From Octopus sinensis (taxonomy: Eukaryota), in assembly GCF_006345805.1 (NCBI RefSeq), contig NC_042997.1:59830001-59894000 (forward strand): a DNA stretch of 64,000 nt. Direction: 5' to 3'. Positions 36,861 through 50,806 of the stretch are shown here, one piece after another. Every line of letters starts with the position of its first letter. The stretch's first letter is position 1. The notes below the pieces were generated by a model, which saw nothing but the letters and a program-made list of their open reading frames with translations, did no database searches and was not told the origin of the DNA. The translations under genes and the position numbers were made by a program.

Positions 36861-39800
36861 ACACACGCACACACGCCACACAGAGGCACACACGCACATA
36901 CATTTCCGGTGTTGGATACTGTGCTAGATTTTTGCTGCTCTTACTGTAAAAGGCTTACAAAATGCTTCAAATGCATAGATACCACAGTGAGCAGAAGAAA
37001 AAAACTGAATCGATTTGAAAATGTTCCGGTCTTGTTTGATCTCTATCATAAAAAGAATATACACCTGAGCACGGAAAGTAGCTTATAGATATATTAGGGT
37101 ATTCAAACCCAGACAAAGGCAGAGTGACCTATTTAGTTTGCTTAACAGTCCATACACTGACAATGTCAGTTAATTAATTCATTGAGCACCTTGATGGACG
37201 GACAAAAATAAAAACTGGTTTGATTCATTTCAATTGTGGTGTAACCACCTTGTTTACTTTTCTGAGCATGGTTGAAATTGTGATTTATTAAAAGACATAG
37301 AACAAGTTGGCCCTAATATGTATACACCAGGTAAAGAGTAACGAAACTAAGCTTTATGTAGAGTGATGATGAAAGTTTTGCATGAATAAACATTGGCCAG
37401 AGCGGTTTCCTTTTCCCTCGAGGAGATAAAATCTGTGTCGAAACCATCTCTAATTTACATTTAACAGCAATGCTAAAATTGAATGTTAATAAAAAATGCA
37501 CGCCTTGCATTTCAAATTATTAAAAATACTGCGTTGCACACTATTAATTAATTATTTAATCGTCATTGTTTGTGGGTGTACTTTAAAGCAAATTAGACTG
37601 TCAAGCTTGGTCCTACCCGAGTTTTATTTGACAATGATTAGCTATAAGGTACTAATCTCCTCACGGACCGAAGATGATTTTTATTCTATGATGATGTTTT
37701 TACAAGTCTAAAAATGTAAGGACAAAAAGCAGTATTAAAATATATATCAATTTATCTCAGCAACCTCTTGAACACCGCTTTGTGCTATTTCATATTATTG
37801 CGGTCTGTGGTGTTAAGGTTGTTGTTATTGTCCAACCGTTGTTGGTGTTCAGCAATTGAATCTTCTGGACTTCAAACATAGACATAGCTATATACACACA
37901 ACTTGTGTCTATGTGAATAGAGTACACTACAGGTTTAAAAAGTGGGAACTTAATATATTTCTCAATACATCTTCTAGTATATGTATATATAATAGTTACG
38001 GAGTGCTCAATACTCTGAAGTTGAGCTAGTTGATATTTTAACATTAATATTCCTACTTCCCTGTGTATTTTGTGGATATATCCTTGAATGTGTATTAGAT
38101 TATATTATTTTAGTACTACTTTAGAAAATCGGCCCAAATTTCAAACAGAGGAAATAATGATGATGTATCAGTGGTGATGTCAGTCGAAGTACGGTAACGT
38201 CGATCCCAACTGAATAACAATATTTTCCAAGTAAAACAAAGTGATCAATATATAAACCATTGAAAAAGAATCTCAGTTTAGAGATATTGGATCAATAAAC
38301 GAAACAGAAATCGTCTTCAGCATAATATAATTGAGCGACATCAGACAATCTTCAAATAATCAATATAGATATTAACCGAATAACAATTCAGTGAAACGGG
38401 AGAGAAAGCAAACTCGACTAGTAGAGACAGAATAGGCGACGAAATTGACTAATGCAAAGTAACAATACGAAAATAATCAAAATAACATCACTATCAATGA
38501 AATATCAGATAGAAACGAATGACAAATAAAAGAAATAAAGTATAACAACGATATTAAATATTAGATACAAACGCCCCTCAAACTGGCCCATGGAAAACAA
38601 CAACACGACGACATTCAAAAGCGTACTAACAAAATGATATATAACAGTCACCTAGTGAAAGCAATTACCAATAGACATAAGTACAAGCCAGCTTGAATGT
38701 ACATAAAACACACACACACACATGCACACACATACACGCACAAACACACACACGCGCGCGCGCACACACACGCACAAACAAACAAATCCCCAAGCAAAAC
38801 AAAACAGTTATACGAAAGATTGTAGTGATATGAAACTCATGATTCAAGAACACTACCGAAATGTCGTTACTTATGTCATGAATCACACTCACTGAAGTCT
38901 TTACTAAATATTTTGCCATGTTAGAACATGCTCTCTCTAGAACACTCACACTGTCTATATTGTTCCACACTTCACCACTATTTGGCGGGTGTTTTAACTG
39001 AAAGCTAACGATATTAACCTCCTCCATATCTTTCTATGTCCTAGTCTATGAGAACTTGGAAAACATAAGGTCACTTTACCATTTTCTTCAAATTAAATGA
39101 TGAAAGAATGAATTAAATTACATCATATAAATGTCAGACGTACAATGACCAGACGTTTGTGATCTTATTTAAGAAAACCGTATATTTACTTCCAACTTTA
39201 ACCTTCTTATAAGAATTTAAACTAATTTAGTTCTTCAACCGTCTTATACCAAGAACAAACAATGCTTCATCTGTTAAGTCAATTCCTAAATGAATAAGTA
39301 ATCTTTTTTCCATGTACACTATGAAGAATCTTCAAGGATTAGGAATTCAAAGTGAAAGTGGTTAAGATTATGATGATGATGATGTTGACTCTATGATTGC
39401 TTATGGTATAAAGAAAAAAATCGTAAATATTTGCATGGCTAAACATAATGTTTCATTGAAAAAAATCATCTGCTATGCTACAATTACTACCTCTGGGAAA
39501 TTGGAACGAAAAGATATGTGTACGTTTAAACTGAGTCAGTTCTACTAAATAGTCCTTTGTGATTATAGACATAACACAACAAAGAATGTATAACAAAAAC
39601 AATATTTATGAATAGTTCCAATATTTGTGTATTTAAAGAAAAATTTCTCAAAGCTACTACATTCTTTAATAAGTGGCAAAATATAAATCTGTTTGCAACC
39701 ATTCTTGGAAGACATTTTAATTACATGATGTTATCACACATCTGACTGTTCGTAGTGAATATAAAGATTAATGATCACCAATTAAACGTTAATTGTGATT

Positions 39801-40140
39801 GGTAACAAATTAAGCGTCTGAAATTGATGTTGATGATGCATTGTGCTTACTGGAATTGGGTAACTTCACTCTTGTTTTCACTGTGTCAGAGAAAATATTG
39901 CAGTGTCAGTACCTTTAATAACAAATTTGCAGTCATTTCTGATGAACTTTATATTTGACAGCAGCTCTACATTTATGAAGTCTTCTGCTAAAGCTACTAC
40001 CTTACAACTTGATTTTCAGAGGCAGAGAAATAAAGAAAAAGGAAGTAGAAAGATAAAATGGAAAAGAAAATAAGAAGAAAGAGATAGAGACAGTGAGCGA
40101 GAGAAAAATGAAATAGAGGGAATAAAGGTATTGAATATAA

Positions 40141-40754
40141 CACGTTGGCTCCCGAGCCTCATTTTACGTTTTATCCCAGGGTCCCAATACGCTACCTTAA
40201 TTTTGACATGAGCGGCGTAATATTTTTACACTATGCCATATGTAAGGCAAGGATCACATAGGTAGTATTAGATACCCACGTCTCACCGGAGGGGCGTGTG
40301 GTACCCTAGTTCATATCACATCCTAGATACCACACGACATACCACACGACACCACACGATCTCATCCCGAAATCTTTTCAAAAAGAACTATTTTGGTTTC
40401 CATGGCAAGTAAAATATTTTTTATTCCCTTCTGTTTCTATTGGAAAATCTACCAATTATTTTCAAAAAGAACTAGCTATTTTTGTTTCAATGGTAAATAA
40501 AATTTTCTCAATACTCAATCTTTTATTTTACCTCATTACATGGCAAAATCAGAAGAAAAACGAAAAAAAATATAAAATATCTACAAAAAATTGTTCTCTT
40601 AGTGTAGCAAAAGCACAAATCAAAGCAATCGGAGTATGCCAGCTCTCAGAAAGCCTATTGGAAAGAAATTTAAAAAACGATCCACTAGTGGATCGTGCGG
40701 GACTCACTAACATACCATCACGACCCACCGGCAGGACGTACAGGAGCCAATGTG
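40141..40754. mobile_element. piggyBac-like non-autonomous element
   Basis: Termini cacgttggctcc / ggagccaatgtg flanked by ATAA and TTAA, with internal short repeats (accacacga x3). Confidence 0.65.
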
Positions 40755-43114
40755 TTAAAATAGACTAACGGCAATCTATATGACAATGTCAAATAAGACC
40801 GTATGTCCGAAAATTCAACAGATTGCAAAATAAAGAACACGCAGACTGAGACCTTTAAATGCTCATCTGTCAATAATTTTTAATAGTTGCAAGAGAATTG
40901 TATCATGTAGCCGAAATGCGACGAAAATTTTGACACTGAGAAACAAGTAAACAGTTAATATAAAATAGCTTTTGTGTGTTCTTAAAAGGTTAAAACGGCT
41001 CTTATGCAGTGTAAATGTTTCAGTTTCTTACATCCAGTCGTATATTAAGTCAGTTGCCAAACAAGTAGAACACCAAAATATATATATTCTTAATACAATA
41101 AATTCTTCAGCTTTGTTGTATTTTATATAATTTTCTTGCTTTAATTTTGTTTTGTTAAACACACACACATACATATGTGTATTCACATTCACATAAGCAT
41201 ATATATGTAACCCGACCAAAATTAATTGCAATGCAATTACTTTTTGTTAATTAAATTCTAACTTCATAAATAAATAACAAAATCTCCGTAATGCTTTATT
41301 TTGTCAGTAGCTTTCCCCAGCTTTTCTAGGTAATGCGATGTCAGGGCCATTACGAAGTGACTGCTTAGGCAATTTGAATAAGGCTGCTTTAAGTGTAGAA
41401 GGAAGCATATGGAATGAGAGTTGCACCAGAGGGACATCCATCTGTTGAACAAATAACTGGATAACATATTTAGTACAAGGTAATTTAAATTATAGATATC
41501 ATGGAAATCTTGATGGCATGACTAAGATATGTACTGCTAATGCGGTCAAATGGGAGTCAAGATATGGCCTGTAATATATTAATGTGAAGGGGAGAAGAAT
41601 AGAGGCTTTACAAAACTGGAGCAATTTGACAGTGTGGTTTTGTATAAACAGTATATTCGGATACATCCTAATATACTACTAATAGCTGTAGTAAGTATAC
41701 ACACTTAAAACAGAGCACTTGTACCTTGTAGGTAATAAATCATATATAAATTAATTATTGGTTACCGTGTGGGTGGGGTAAGTATTTCGACGAGCGTATG
41801 TATAGCAGGGTTAAAAGTAGGAAATCCAAAAGAAGGCCCTTCGACATATTGCCAACAACCCCCACCCCCAAAATGAAAGAAATCCCAAACTCATCATTAT
41901 AACTAAACTAACAAATGCGCTATTACCCTCCTCTCCTTTTTCCACTGTTGTGCATACAATAGTCACTATTCCACTGAACTAGTAAGCACTATACTCTGTT
42001 TATCCTGGCACACTCAGCACACAAAATTCTTACGATTGCTTCCATTACATATGCATAAAAAATCTTTCTCCCTCATAAGAACCTCTTTCTGGAATTTCCT
42101 TCCCTTCCACCTTTAAACATATGTTTAAACTAGACAGCAACAGCAGCTATCTCACTAGTCTAGAAAGATGCTCCCTCTTCTCTGACTAACTGACCAAACA
42201 AAAAAGCATGTAGGATGCAGCGATTATAGTTTTTTGCTTTTTTAGTATAGGCAGTGATATGACCTTATTTCATTTAGACGATTTGGGCTGCAGTTAACCG
42301 AATGCTTATGGGGTGTTTTAAGACTTCTGATTAATAAATAATTTGAAGATATTATGAGAAGGTAGTGAAGTTGCATGTATATAAAGAGAGATCAAATTGC
42401 ATAGGGTTTATAAATATCAGAACGTAAGTGGTAGACAAAATCTCAGAACTTGAAGTTATGGCTTGCGGTACAAACAGAAAATAGTGCAACATTTAGAAGC
42501 AGAGTTAGAGTAATTATTCCATCTGGGAATCAAAACAAAGATACTTATTCTATTACTGTAGCCACGCATTTAAGAGTGTAGCGGTGTTTAATAAATGTAT
42601 TTAAAATTGAAATCAAACGGAATAGTCGCCGAGACTAGGGGCAGTTTTATTTCCTGTAAGACTGAAAAACTTTAGGGGTTGGGGTAAGTTGAAATGGAAG
42701 TATTAACACAAAGAGACAGAATGAATTTGGTTAAGAAAATGGCTGACAGTCACACACACACACTAGATAGATAGACAGATACATACATGCATACATACAT
42801 ACATACATAATACTTACATACATACATGCATACATACATACATACATACATACATACATTCATACATACATACATACATACATACATACATACATACATA
42901 CATACACAAACAGAAGCAAGAGAGCACATATAAGAAATGCTTAAGAAATGTGAAAAGAAAAAATACAAAAAACATCAAAAGAAACTTGAAGCAAGCAGAT
43001 GGTATGAACATTTTGTTGAGGTAGAAATGGCATTATGGGTAAATACGGATTCAGCAACGTCGTGGGCTAAACATAACTCTAGAAAAAAAAAGTCTGACAT
43101 TGTTTAAGCGACAA

Positions 43115-43376
43115 TTCCACCACCTCCATCACCATCAGCTACAATTATAATAACATTCAGACTAACAGCAACGCCCCCACAAATGGGAATAAGAATAAGA
43201 GCAACAGTAACAACAACAACAACAACAACAATAACAATAACAAGTAATAATAATAATAATAACAACAACAACAGAAATTACAGTAGTAATAGCAGCACAA
43301 GCAAAATACTAACAAGGAAAAAAAATCCAGCAAACATTGCAACACAAAGAACAGCACGGCCACCCCCACCCCCATT

Positions 43377-43408
<32 letters not shown>

Positions 43409-43995
43409 CATCGCCATCATCGCCATCATCGCCATCATCGTCATCATTATCATCATCATCATCATCACCATCTTCGCCATCATCGTCATCATCATCATCA
43501 TCATCATCATCAATAACAACTGTAACAGCGACAAATACATAAAAACAACACCAACAACTGTAAAACAAACAATAGTAGTAGCACTGCAAAAACCCCAGAA
43601 ATCCAGTAGCAGATATATGTTTTTTCACCACCACCGCCTCCGCCACCACTTTCCCCAGCACTTCCAGCACCCCCAGCACCAGCACCAGCACCAGCACCAG
43701 TACCACCGCCGCCACCGCCGCCACCGCCTCCGCAGCCACGACCACGACCACCACCACAACATCAATAAAGCCAAAGAAATTCAGTAATAACCACAGATAA
43801 AAAAAACATCTCGGCACTAATCGTCTTAACAAGAGCTATGGAATGTTATTTCGGCAGTTGGTGCATCTAACCTAATCACTAGTAGATTCCTCATCGTCAT
43901 CATCATCATCATCATCGTCGTCGTCGTCGCCGCTGTCGTCGTAGTCGTCGTCGTCGTTATCATCATCTTCATCGTTGTTTTTATCATCATCATTG
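43115..43995. repeat. Compound trinucleotide and hexanucleotide microsatellite field
   Basis: Successive (AAC)n, (AAT)n, (CAT)n, (CAC/CGC)n, (CAGCAC)n and (CGT)n runs. Confidence 0.95.
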
Positions 43996-44429
43996 ACATA
44001 CGTAGAATATTGCATACATAAAATCGACGTACATTCCGACTGCGACACAAGGGTTCCAGTGAAGCAGGATATTCGACATGGAATCATATTCCAAATGCTC
44101 CTGAAAGCCAAAGTTCTCCCCAGGAGTGACAAATCTCACATCAATTTGAACTGAAATCATTCAATCACTTCATCTTGAATTGCAGCATTGAACTTGTATT
44201 GGGACATCCACAACAACAACATTGTAACATGAATTTATTAACAAAACCCTTAACACACATACTAAAAAACGCACTCATGTTTCCCTTCCTCTTTGTTTTT
44301 TACACACAGTAAATAGCACGAATATGAAAGATATGCACAGAGATAAAGAGTAGTGTAGACATATTCTACACTCATATTAAATAACAAATCTGTAATAGAC
44401 TCTCAGAAAGACATAGCATTTATGCTTCA

Positions 44430-44720
44430 CATTGCCAAAATATCTTTACACCAGTCAGATTTCCTGCCCCGATGAGAATCTAAGTTCTTTTTTCCTATCC
44501 AGGTAATAACCTCGTCTTTCACTAAAACTTTACGATGGGTGTCATCTGTATACAATGTAGATGGCACCTATATTAGACAATGATTGCTCAAGGAAAGATC
44601 TCGGAAAGATGTTCAAGTGAGAACAAGACAAACTTGTAATCTTCAATAGCACCAAGACACAGATGTAGTACTGTAGAAAGGCTTGTGTATGTAGTTAGTT
44701 CCCTATATTCATATCGAAGA
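44430..44720 (-). mobile_element. Possible LINE RT fragment
   Basis: Minus-strand LYTDDT (YADD-like); otherwise highly decayed. Confidence 0.35.
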
Positions 44721-45319
44721 CACAGTGCTATAAATACAAAGTTTAACCTTATCTATAATTAATTACCAATAAACCAGTATAATTCATTACTAAAAGCAAA
44801 AATTGCATGTCAACATTTGAGAAGGCTTAGCTCTTTGATCCATAAATATACTCACTGTTAATATGATTCTTTTTGTGCTTCGAAATCCAGTATTCCAAAA
44901 AAAGAATTATATCACGTATAAAATTCTTATGGCGTCGGCATACTCAATATTATCGTGAACTTACAGTATTTTCTTTTCCCTCACCATTCCTGATTCCTAC
45001 GACTTCAATTCCAGTTGTAGAAAATATCTCCGATAGGGCAGAAAAATTTGTGTTTCTTTGGTCTTTCTTTTAAAACATCGTTTCATTATTAAAAATTGTC
45101 TTTTGTACATAATTCTAAAATAGAATTCTGTTTTCGCTTACGAAAAGATGTTAATACAGCGCACTAAACATCCTAAGTCTAGTGAGTCATCCTAAGTAAG
45201 GAGACTTGACCGAGTAGCATGTACATCCTGTGTTTTCCGCACTTTTATTATTCCACTGCCTTTGAGCTTTTTATCGGAACCAAAGTGAGTCAGTTTTCTC
45301 TTAAAGTTACTTTCATATT

Positions 45320-45690
45320 TGAGACACCTTTATTCGCTTTTGATGGCTCATCAACATAGTCTAACCACCATCCCCAGTCATCTCGGATGTGCGGCCTCTT
45401 TGCTCTACTTTCTTAGCTGCAGTCACAGCTACAGTGGCTCCTGCTCAGAGACAGGTGGTCTCGTATTAATTCCACCTATGTTGACCTCACTGAATCGATC
45501 CTCTTCTCGACGTTTATATTGTGGCTGCCCCACCAAGCTCTGAACTCAACCACTATGTTAAATCCTTCACCCCAGTATGCCAACACACTGTAATTCCCCT
45601 CCACCCATACTTGTTCTCTGGTAATCATCACGCAGTTGTTCAAGAGGAACAATAATCGTATTGCTTTCACTAATCTGATTCAATATTGAG
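45320..45690 (+). mobile_element. LINE 3'-end relic, similar type to 36030-36300
   Basis: Remnants AASLL...YSGSCSE...NHYVKSF.P... Confidence 0.5.
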
Positions 45691-47146
45691 TGGTCTGGGA
45701 GGTCTAAGATATATTCCCTTTTTCAAGATCAAACTATTACCAAAAAATTACAATTTACAATTAGTCATTTTAAGTAAGATTAAATGTATAGCATTACATG
45801 TATAGAATATTGGATGTATATATCTGTATAAACATTTATTTTTAGACACCAAATCTTCTGCTAGCAAGATTCGTTGGAAATCCAACGATTTCTACTGGGA
45901 ATAAAAACCAAGCAACCGATTTGAATAGCTGGAAGTTTACCCATACCATACGGTGCTATCTTTAATACTGATACTTTGGATTATAGCATTTATATCTTTG
46001 TTCTATGGGTGTTCTGGCAATTTCCTGCTATATTAATCACACATCATTTCATCCAAACTTGTACCAGTCTCTGACACAATGTTCACATCAAGAACTTATT
46101 TACACATTCCTTTTTGTGTTTTCTTTAACAATTTCGCCTCCTTTTTTGAGTTTTCTTCATTTTGATATCTCTCCGGGATAGAATGAGACCCAAGCGAGCC
46201 AGTGTTCTTTTAAAGCTATTTTTTTAATCTTAAAAACAGAAAAAAGTTTTTTACGTTTTTGTTTAATTTACATTCATTCTGTTGCTTTTTTGATTCATAG
46301 AAACTTCCCATATGCCAATGTACTCCTTTCAAAACGATTTCACTTATCACTAAGAACATCACCGAATTCTCATTCACATTCATTCAGAAAGATAGATATA
46401 CTTACACTCTTAAGTACTGCAATAATGTTTTCTGCCTTCTAATATTGTGTATCAGACAACCCTAGTCTCAAATAAAAAAGAAAATGTATTCAAATGATTG
46501 GCAAATTATCTGCAGGCAATTTGCCATTCGGGGGCTAACAACTAAAACCAAATTCAAAAGAAAAACAACTAATGGTCTTCATTAAGATTTGGTCTTAGGT
46601 GTTTGTGTGTGCGGCAGAAAATGTGAGCAGTACACACAGTCGTTATAACTTAAGCTTGGTTGAAATATTTGCTGGTACCACTGAGGGATCCTAGTGCTTT
46701 TAATGCAATTCTGGCAATGTTACACACACGTCCGTCCGCCCACAAATTTGAATCATTATGAAAAATATGACAGACTGCTGATAATTGACAACTTGTTGAC
46801 TCACCCCCCTATAATCAATTTAGAATTTTTGTTCCAAGAACTGAAAGCTGGATGTCATCGGTGGGTGGACATTTTAATTTAGAAACACTCATGCCTCTTG
46901 GTTAAAGATATCTGTCGATGATAACTGAAAGCTCCCAAGCGACTCAGTGTCCACAGGTGATTGACATAGAAGACAGGTACCACAAAACACACACACGAAA
47001 ATATCACTCTTTTCGTCCAAAAATATACCCACAACTTAAATATACCCATAGTGTGACTTGCCCACAAAGTGTGGCTTATCTTCCACTCATATCACTCCTG
47101 AACACCCTCATAAATGCACCTCTCAAAAACACATACAGACCTATCA

Positions 47147-47187
<41 letters not shown>

Positions 47188-48349
47188 TATAGACACATAC
47201 ATATAATCATACATACACCACATACATCCATAAAGAGAAGGGCCCATCAATACATGTTACAACAACATCCACAACAACAAAACAAAGGCACGCGCAAACT
47301 CACAGCAACAATAGAACAATCGCACCAATACCCACTGCAACAATGCAAACATACACCTATTCACCATAACACTATCGCACCACACACAGACACAGACACA
47401 CACACGCACAAACACACACACACACACACACACACACAAATATATACACACATACATACTTTACACACACACACATATAGATAAAGAGATAGATAGATAA
47501 ATAGTTATATTTACATGCACACACAAGCATGAATACAAATGTATACACGTTAATATTCACACTGAAAATAATAGGAAAATAAAGAGTGACACTGAAAATA
47601 TTGTACCCCACCCACACACATATTATATATACTCATGCTCACAATATTATATGGTGAATACATGAAACCGTTATTCGCGAGTTTCTCTGTGTAAGGACGT
47701 TTCGTCACACGCCTGCTGTGATGAAACAAAATTGCAACAGACGCGCAACGACATGGCGGAAAAATACTCACATCTCATTGGTTAAAGGAATCTTTGCGGT
47801 TATTAATGCGTCAGATGTGATGTGATTCAGCCCCACGCCAAAATCTTACAAGCATTGGTTAAGAGGAAAAAATTCCGAGATTACCATCAGGGACCGATAA
47901 GTGAAACTGACTGACAAAATATATAAATATGTTTACAACTTACAATAATGTGAAGAGAGATAAGATAAAATGAGATGAATAACATTAAAGGAGATGAATA
48001 GATGCTGTGTAATGGTTGAGTAATACAAACAGTATTGAGATTACGTATGATGTCTGAGAATTACTTGTGGGCAGGGAAACTATGTTTGGGTGTTGAAGTA
48101 AAATTATTGAAATGATTAAATATGTAACTAATTAAAAGAACGATTCAGTAATTACTTATGAACATGCATAAATACATAATTAAATGTATAAAGTAACTAG
48201 ATATATAATTAAGCAAGTAGATAGTTACTTAAATAAATGATTTCGCTAATGATTAGTAATTAATTAACAAATTCCTTGGAATAAGACAGGGTATATATCA
48301 AGCCAAAATGCAACTGGAACATACAGTATGATATGATATAATACGCAGA

Positions 48350-48538
48350 TTAAAGGCATCACAAAAGGCCTTGTTGGAGGCCCAACCTTCCGATTTTTTT
48401 ATAGAGTTTAGGAAAACTGAAGGACCACTGCAATAAGTGTGTGAATCTGTGAGAGGAATATGTCGAATAAAATAATTAATTGATCCTCTATTTTCTTTTA
48501 ACCCAGAGCTTGGAACTTTTCAGCTGTACCCCTTCGTA
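48350..48538 (+). mobile_element. Second, 5'-truncated copy of the same mariner MITE
   Basis: Aligns to about 54810-55002. Confidence 0.8.
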
Positions 48539-49093
48539 TGTATGATGAAAACGCAGAGTTTTATCAGAGGATAGTTGATGGCTTAGATGGAACGGACTAA
48601 TTGCCGTGTCTTAGTTGAATCTTTCATTAATGATTAAAAGTCTGGATGTAAGCGCGTATAGATTTCGATGTTAGGGTGCATGAATATTTGAACCGATTCT
48701 GGTTGTGAGTCGAGTATGCCACCAGTAAAAATTAAGTTCAGGATACAGTTTCAGCTGGAATACATATATGGCCAATGCCTTCAAGAGTGGATCTAACAGA
48801 TTTGAGTATAAAGATGCAAGTGTTAAGAAAAGAGAGCAAAATATGGAATTAAAAGTCTGTGGCACTCTAATACATACTAGTGTATTCATGACCTGATTGT
48901 CAGTATGCATATTTGAAATATGAAGACTAAGTTTATTGCAGGATGTAAATTTGTATAAACTGTATACATGTTAGACCATTGTTGTGTTTCGTTATCCAAG
49001 TTTTTATTTCGGTTTGTCTGTCTGCCTGTCTATATCTCTCTCTGTCTCCCCCTCTCTCTTTATAATATATATATATATGTATATATTTGTATA

Positions 49094-49153
<60 letters not shown>

Positions 49154-49158
49154 CACAT

Positions 49159-49260
<102 letters not shown>

Positions 49261-49497
49261 ATATAAAGAAACAAAGTGACTCAGGGGCAGAACCACTCTC
49301 GAGTCAGTCTAACGTTTCTGCTAAATATTGATAAAAATATATACACACTCATATTTTGAATTCTGCTTTTTCTGTTTACATCACCAAACCTATACATACA
49401 TACATACAAACATGGATATGTATGTATATATATATACAATAATATAAATATTAAAAATAATATATATATACATATGTATATGTACATACATCTATAC

Positions 49498-49567
<70 letters not shown>

Positions 49568-49570
<3 letters not shown>

Positions 49571-50207
49571 TAATAATATAGGGTGAAATTAATTAATTTG
49601 GAATAATCATTAATTTCACCAAGTAGATTTCGGCATGTAAAAGCCTCATTCGAGGAAAGTTTAAGTAATACTAAGTAATTAAGGGTTTAGCAGCGATTTG
49701 CCTCACCACACACCGAATTTAGAAATAGCAGTCAAAGAGTTATAGCTATTCTTTCTACTAAAAGGGAGATCTCAGTAAAACCACGGCACTTGAAAGGCAA
49801 ACACAGACAGGCAAGAGAGAAAGAAATGACAGCAATCTATCATACAATTTTAAGTCACCTACGGACGTACGTTTCGAAATCAAGTTTTAGGAAAGCATAA
49901 GAATTAGATAATTATGTCTTACCCAACTTCTTTTCTCATCAGCGTAGGACACTACAATTATGAATAATTGTATATTAAATTTCGAGATACTAGAAGGCAT
50001 CATCTCAACTCAGTATCAGAGCGAGCTAAAACCGTTACCAGTATCACCAAATTCAAAGTGTGAATGAAAGTTTGTGTCACCAACCCCTTGTGTTTGCCTT
50101 TCAAGTGCCGTGGTTTTACTGAGATCTCCCTTTTAGTAGAAAGAATAGCTATAACTCTTTGACTGCTATTTCTAAATTCGGTGTGTGGTGAGGCAAATCG
50201 CTGCTAA

Positions 50208-50212
<5 letters not shown>
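49568..50212 (-). mobile_element. Non-coding Penelope-like derivative inserted in (TA)n, with a perfect 124-bp inverted repeat around a hammerhead
   Basis: Arms 49682-49805 and 50089-50212 are exact reverse complements, the hammerhead lies between them, and (TA)n flanks both sides. Confidence 0.8.
49858..49948 (-). ncRNA. Type I hammerhead ribozyme (Penelope/retrozyme-type)
   Basis: Minus strand reads cctacg-CTGATGA-gaaa...tttc-GAAAC-gtac-GTC-cgtagg. Perfect 6-bp stem I, intact core, palindromic stem III; predicted cleavage between 49864 and 49863. Confidence 0.9.
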
Positions 50213-50304
<92 letters not shown>

Positions 50305-50328
50305 ATATATATATATTTATGCATATGT

Positions 50329-50806
50329 GGGCACAAGACGTCACGAAACGTGTACAGCAAAAAGTATGAAGTACGAATTCATGGAATATGAACTATTTTT
50401 TCGAGCAATGAAAGACACAAATGGAAAACAAGACAAACAACATAAAGAACGAGCTTTCATCAGTTTTTGGCTGTTTTTCTACTCTCGTATTTCGAGCATT
50501 TAACAACAATATATGCTTTCGATAAAACAGTTGCTCCCGCAAAGCAAATTAAATAAAATTTGGGATTTTTGTGGAGGGCTAAAATTGGTAGCACAAACAG
50601 AACAGTGAAAACAAACAAGAAGGGCTGCTAAGCCTAAACGAGGTTGTGGTGACGAACGCGCAAATCACGCTTGGACAGGAGGCAGCCATGAACACGTCTT
50701 CCTTGTTCAAGCTACAACGGAGAGAAAGAAAGAAACACAAGTTAGGAGAAGAAAGAAAGATGGCCGATGGTCATGTGGTTCCCATGTGACTATCGGCCAT
50801 CTTTCT
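50329..50806. mobile_element. Non-coding interspersed repeat between TA tracts, ending in a 25-bp hairpin (possibly Penelope-type)
   Basis: Unique-complexity block between microsatellites, with a CTGATGA on the minus strand and a terminal hairpin at 50754-50806. The family assignment is inference. Confidence 0.45.

Noticed and set aside
40297-40356. Cluster of Runx-like ACCACA/TGTGGT motifs
   Set aside because: Better explained as internal repeats of the piggyBac-like element 40141-40754.
43157-44132. Poly-Asp, poly-Ser and poly-Met ORFs up to 184 aa
   Set aside because: Overlapping ORFs on both strands arising from trinucleotide repeats.
50395-50525. Minus-strand CTGATGA with nearby GAAA motifs as another hammerhead
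   Set aside because: Could not build convincing stems I-III by hand.
50754-50806. 25-bp hairpin as a pre-miRNA
   Set aside because: The loop is only 3 nt, it sits at the end of a repeat element, and two of the three wobble pairs are explained by CpG decay.
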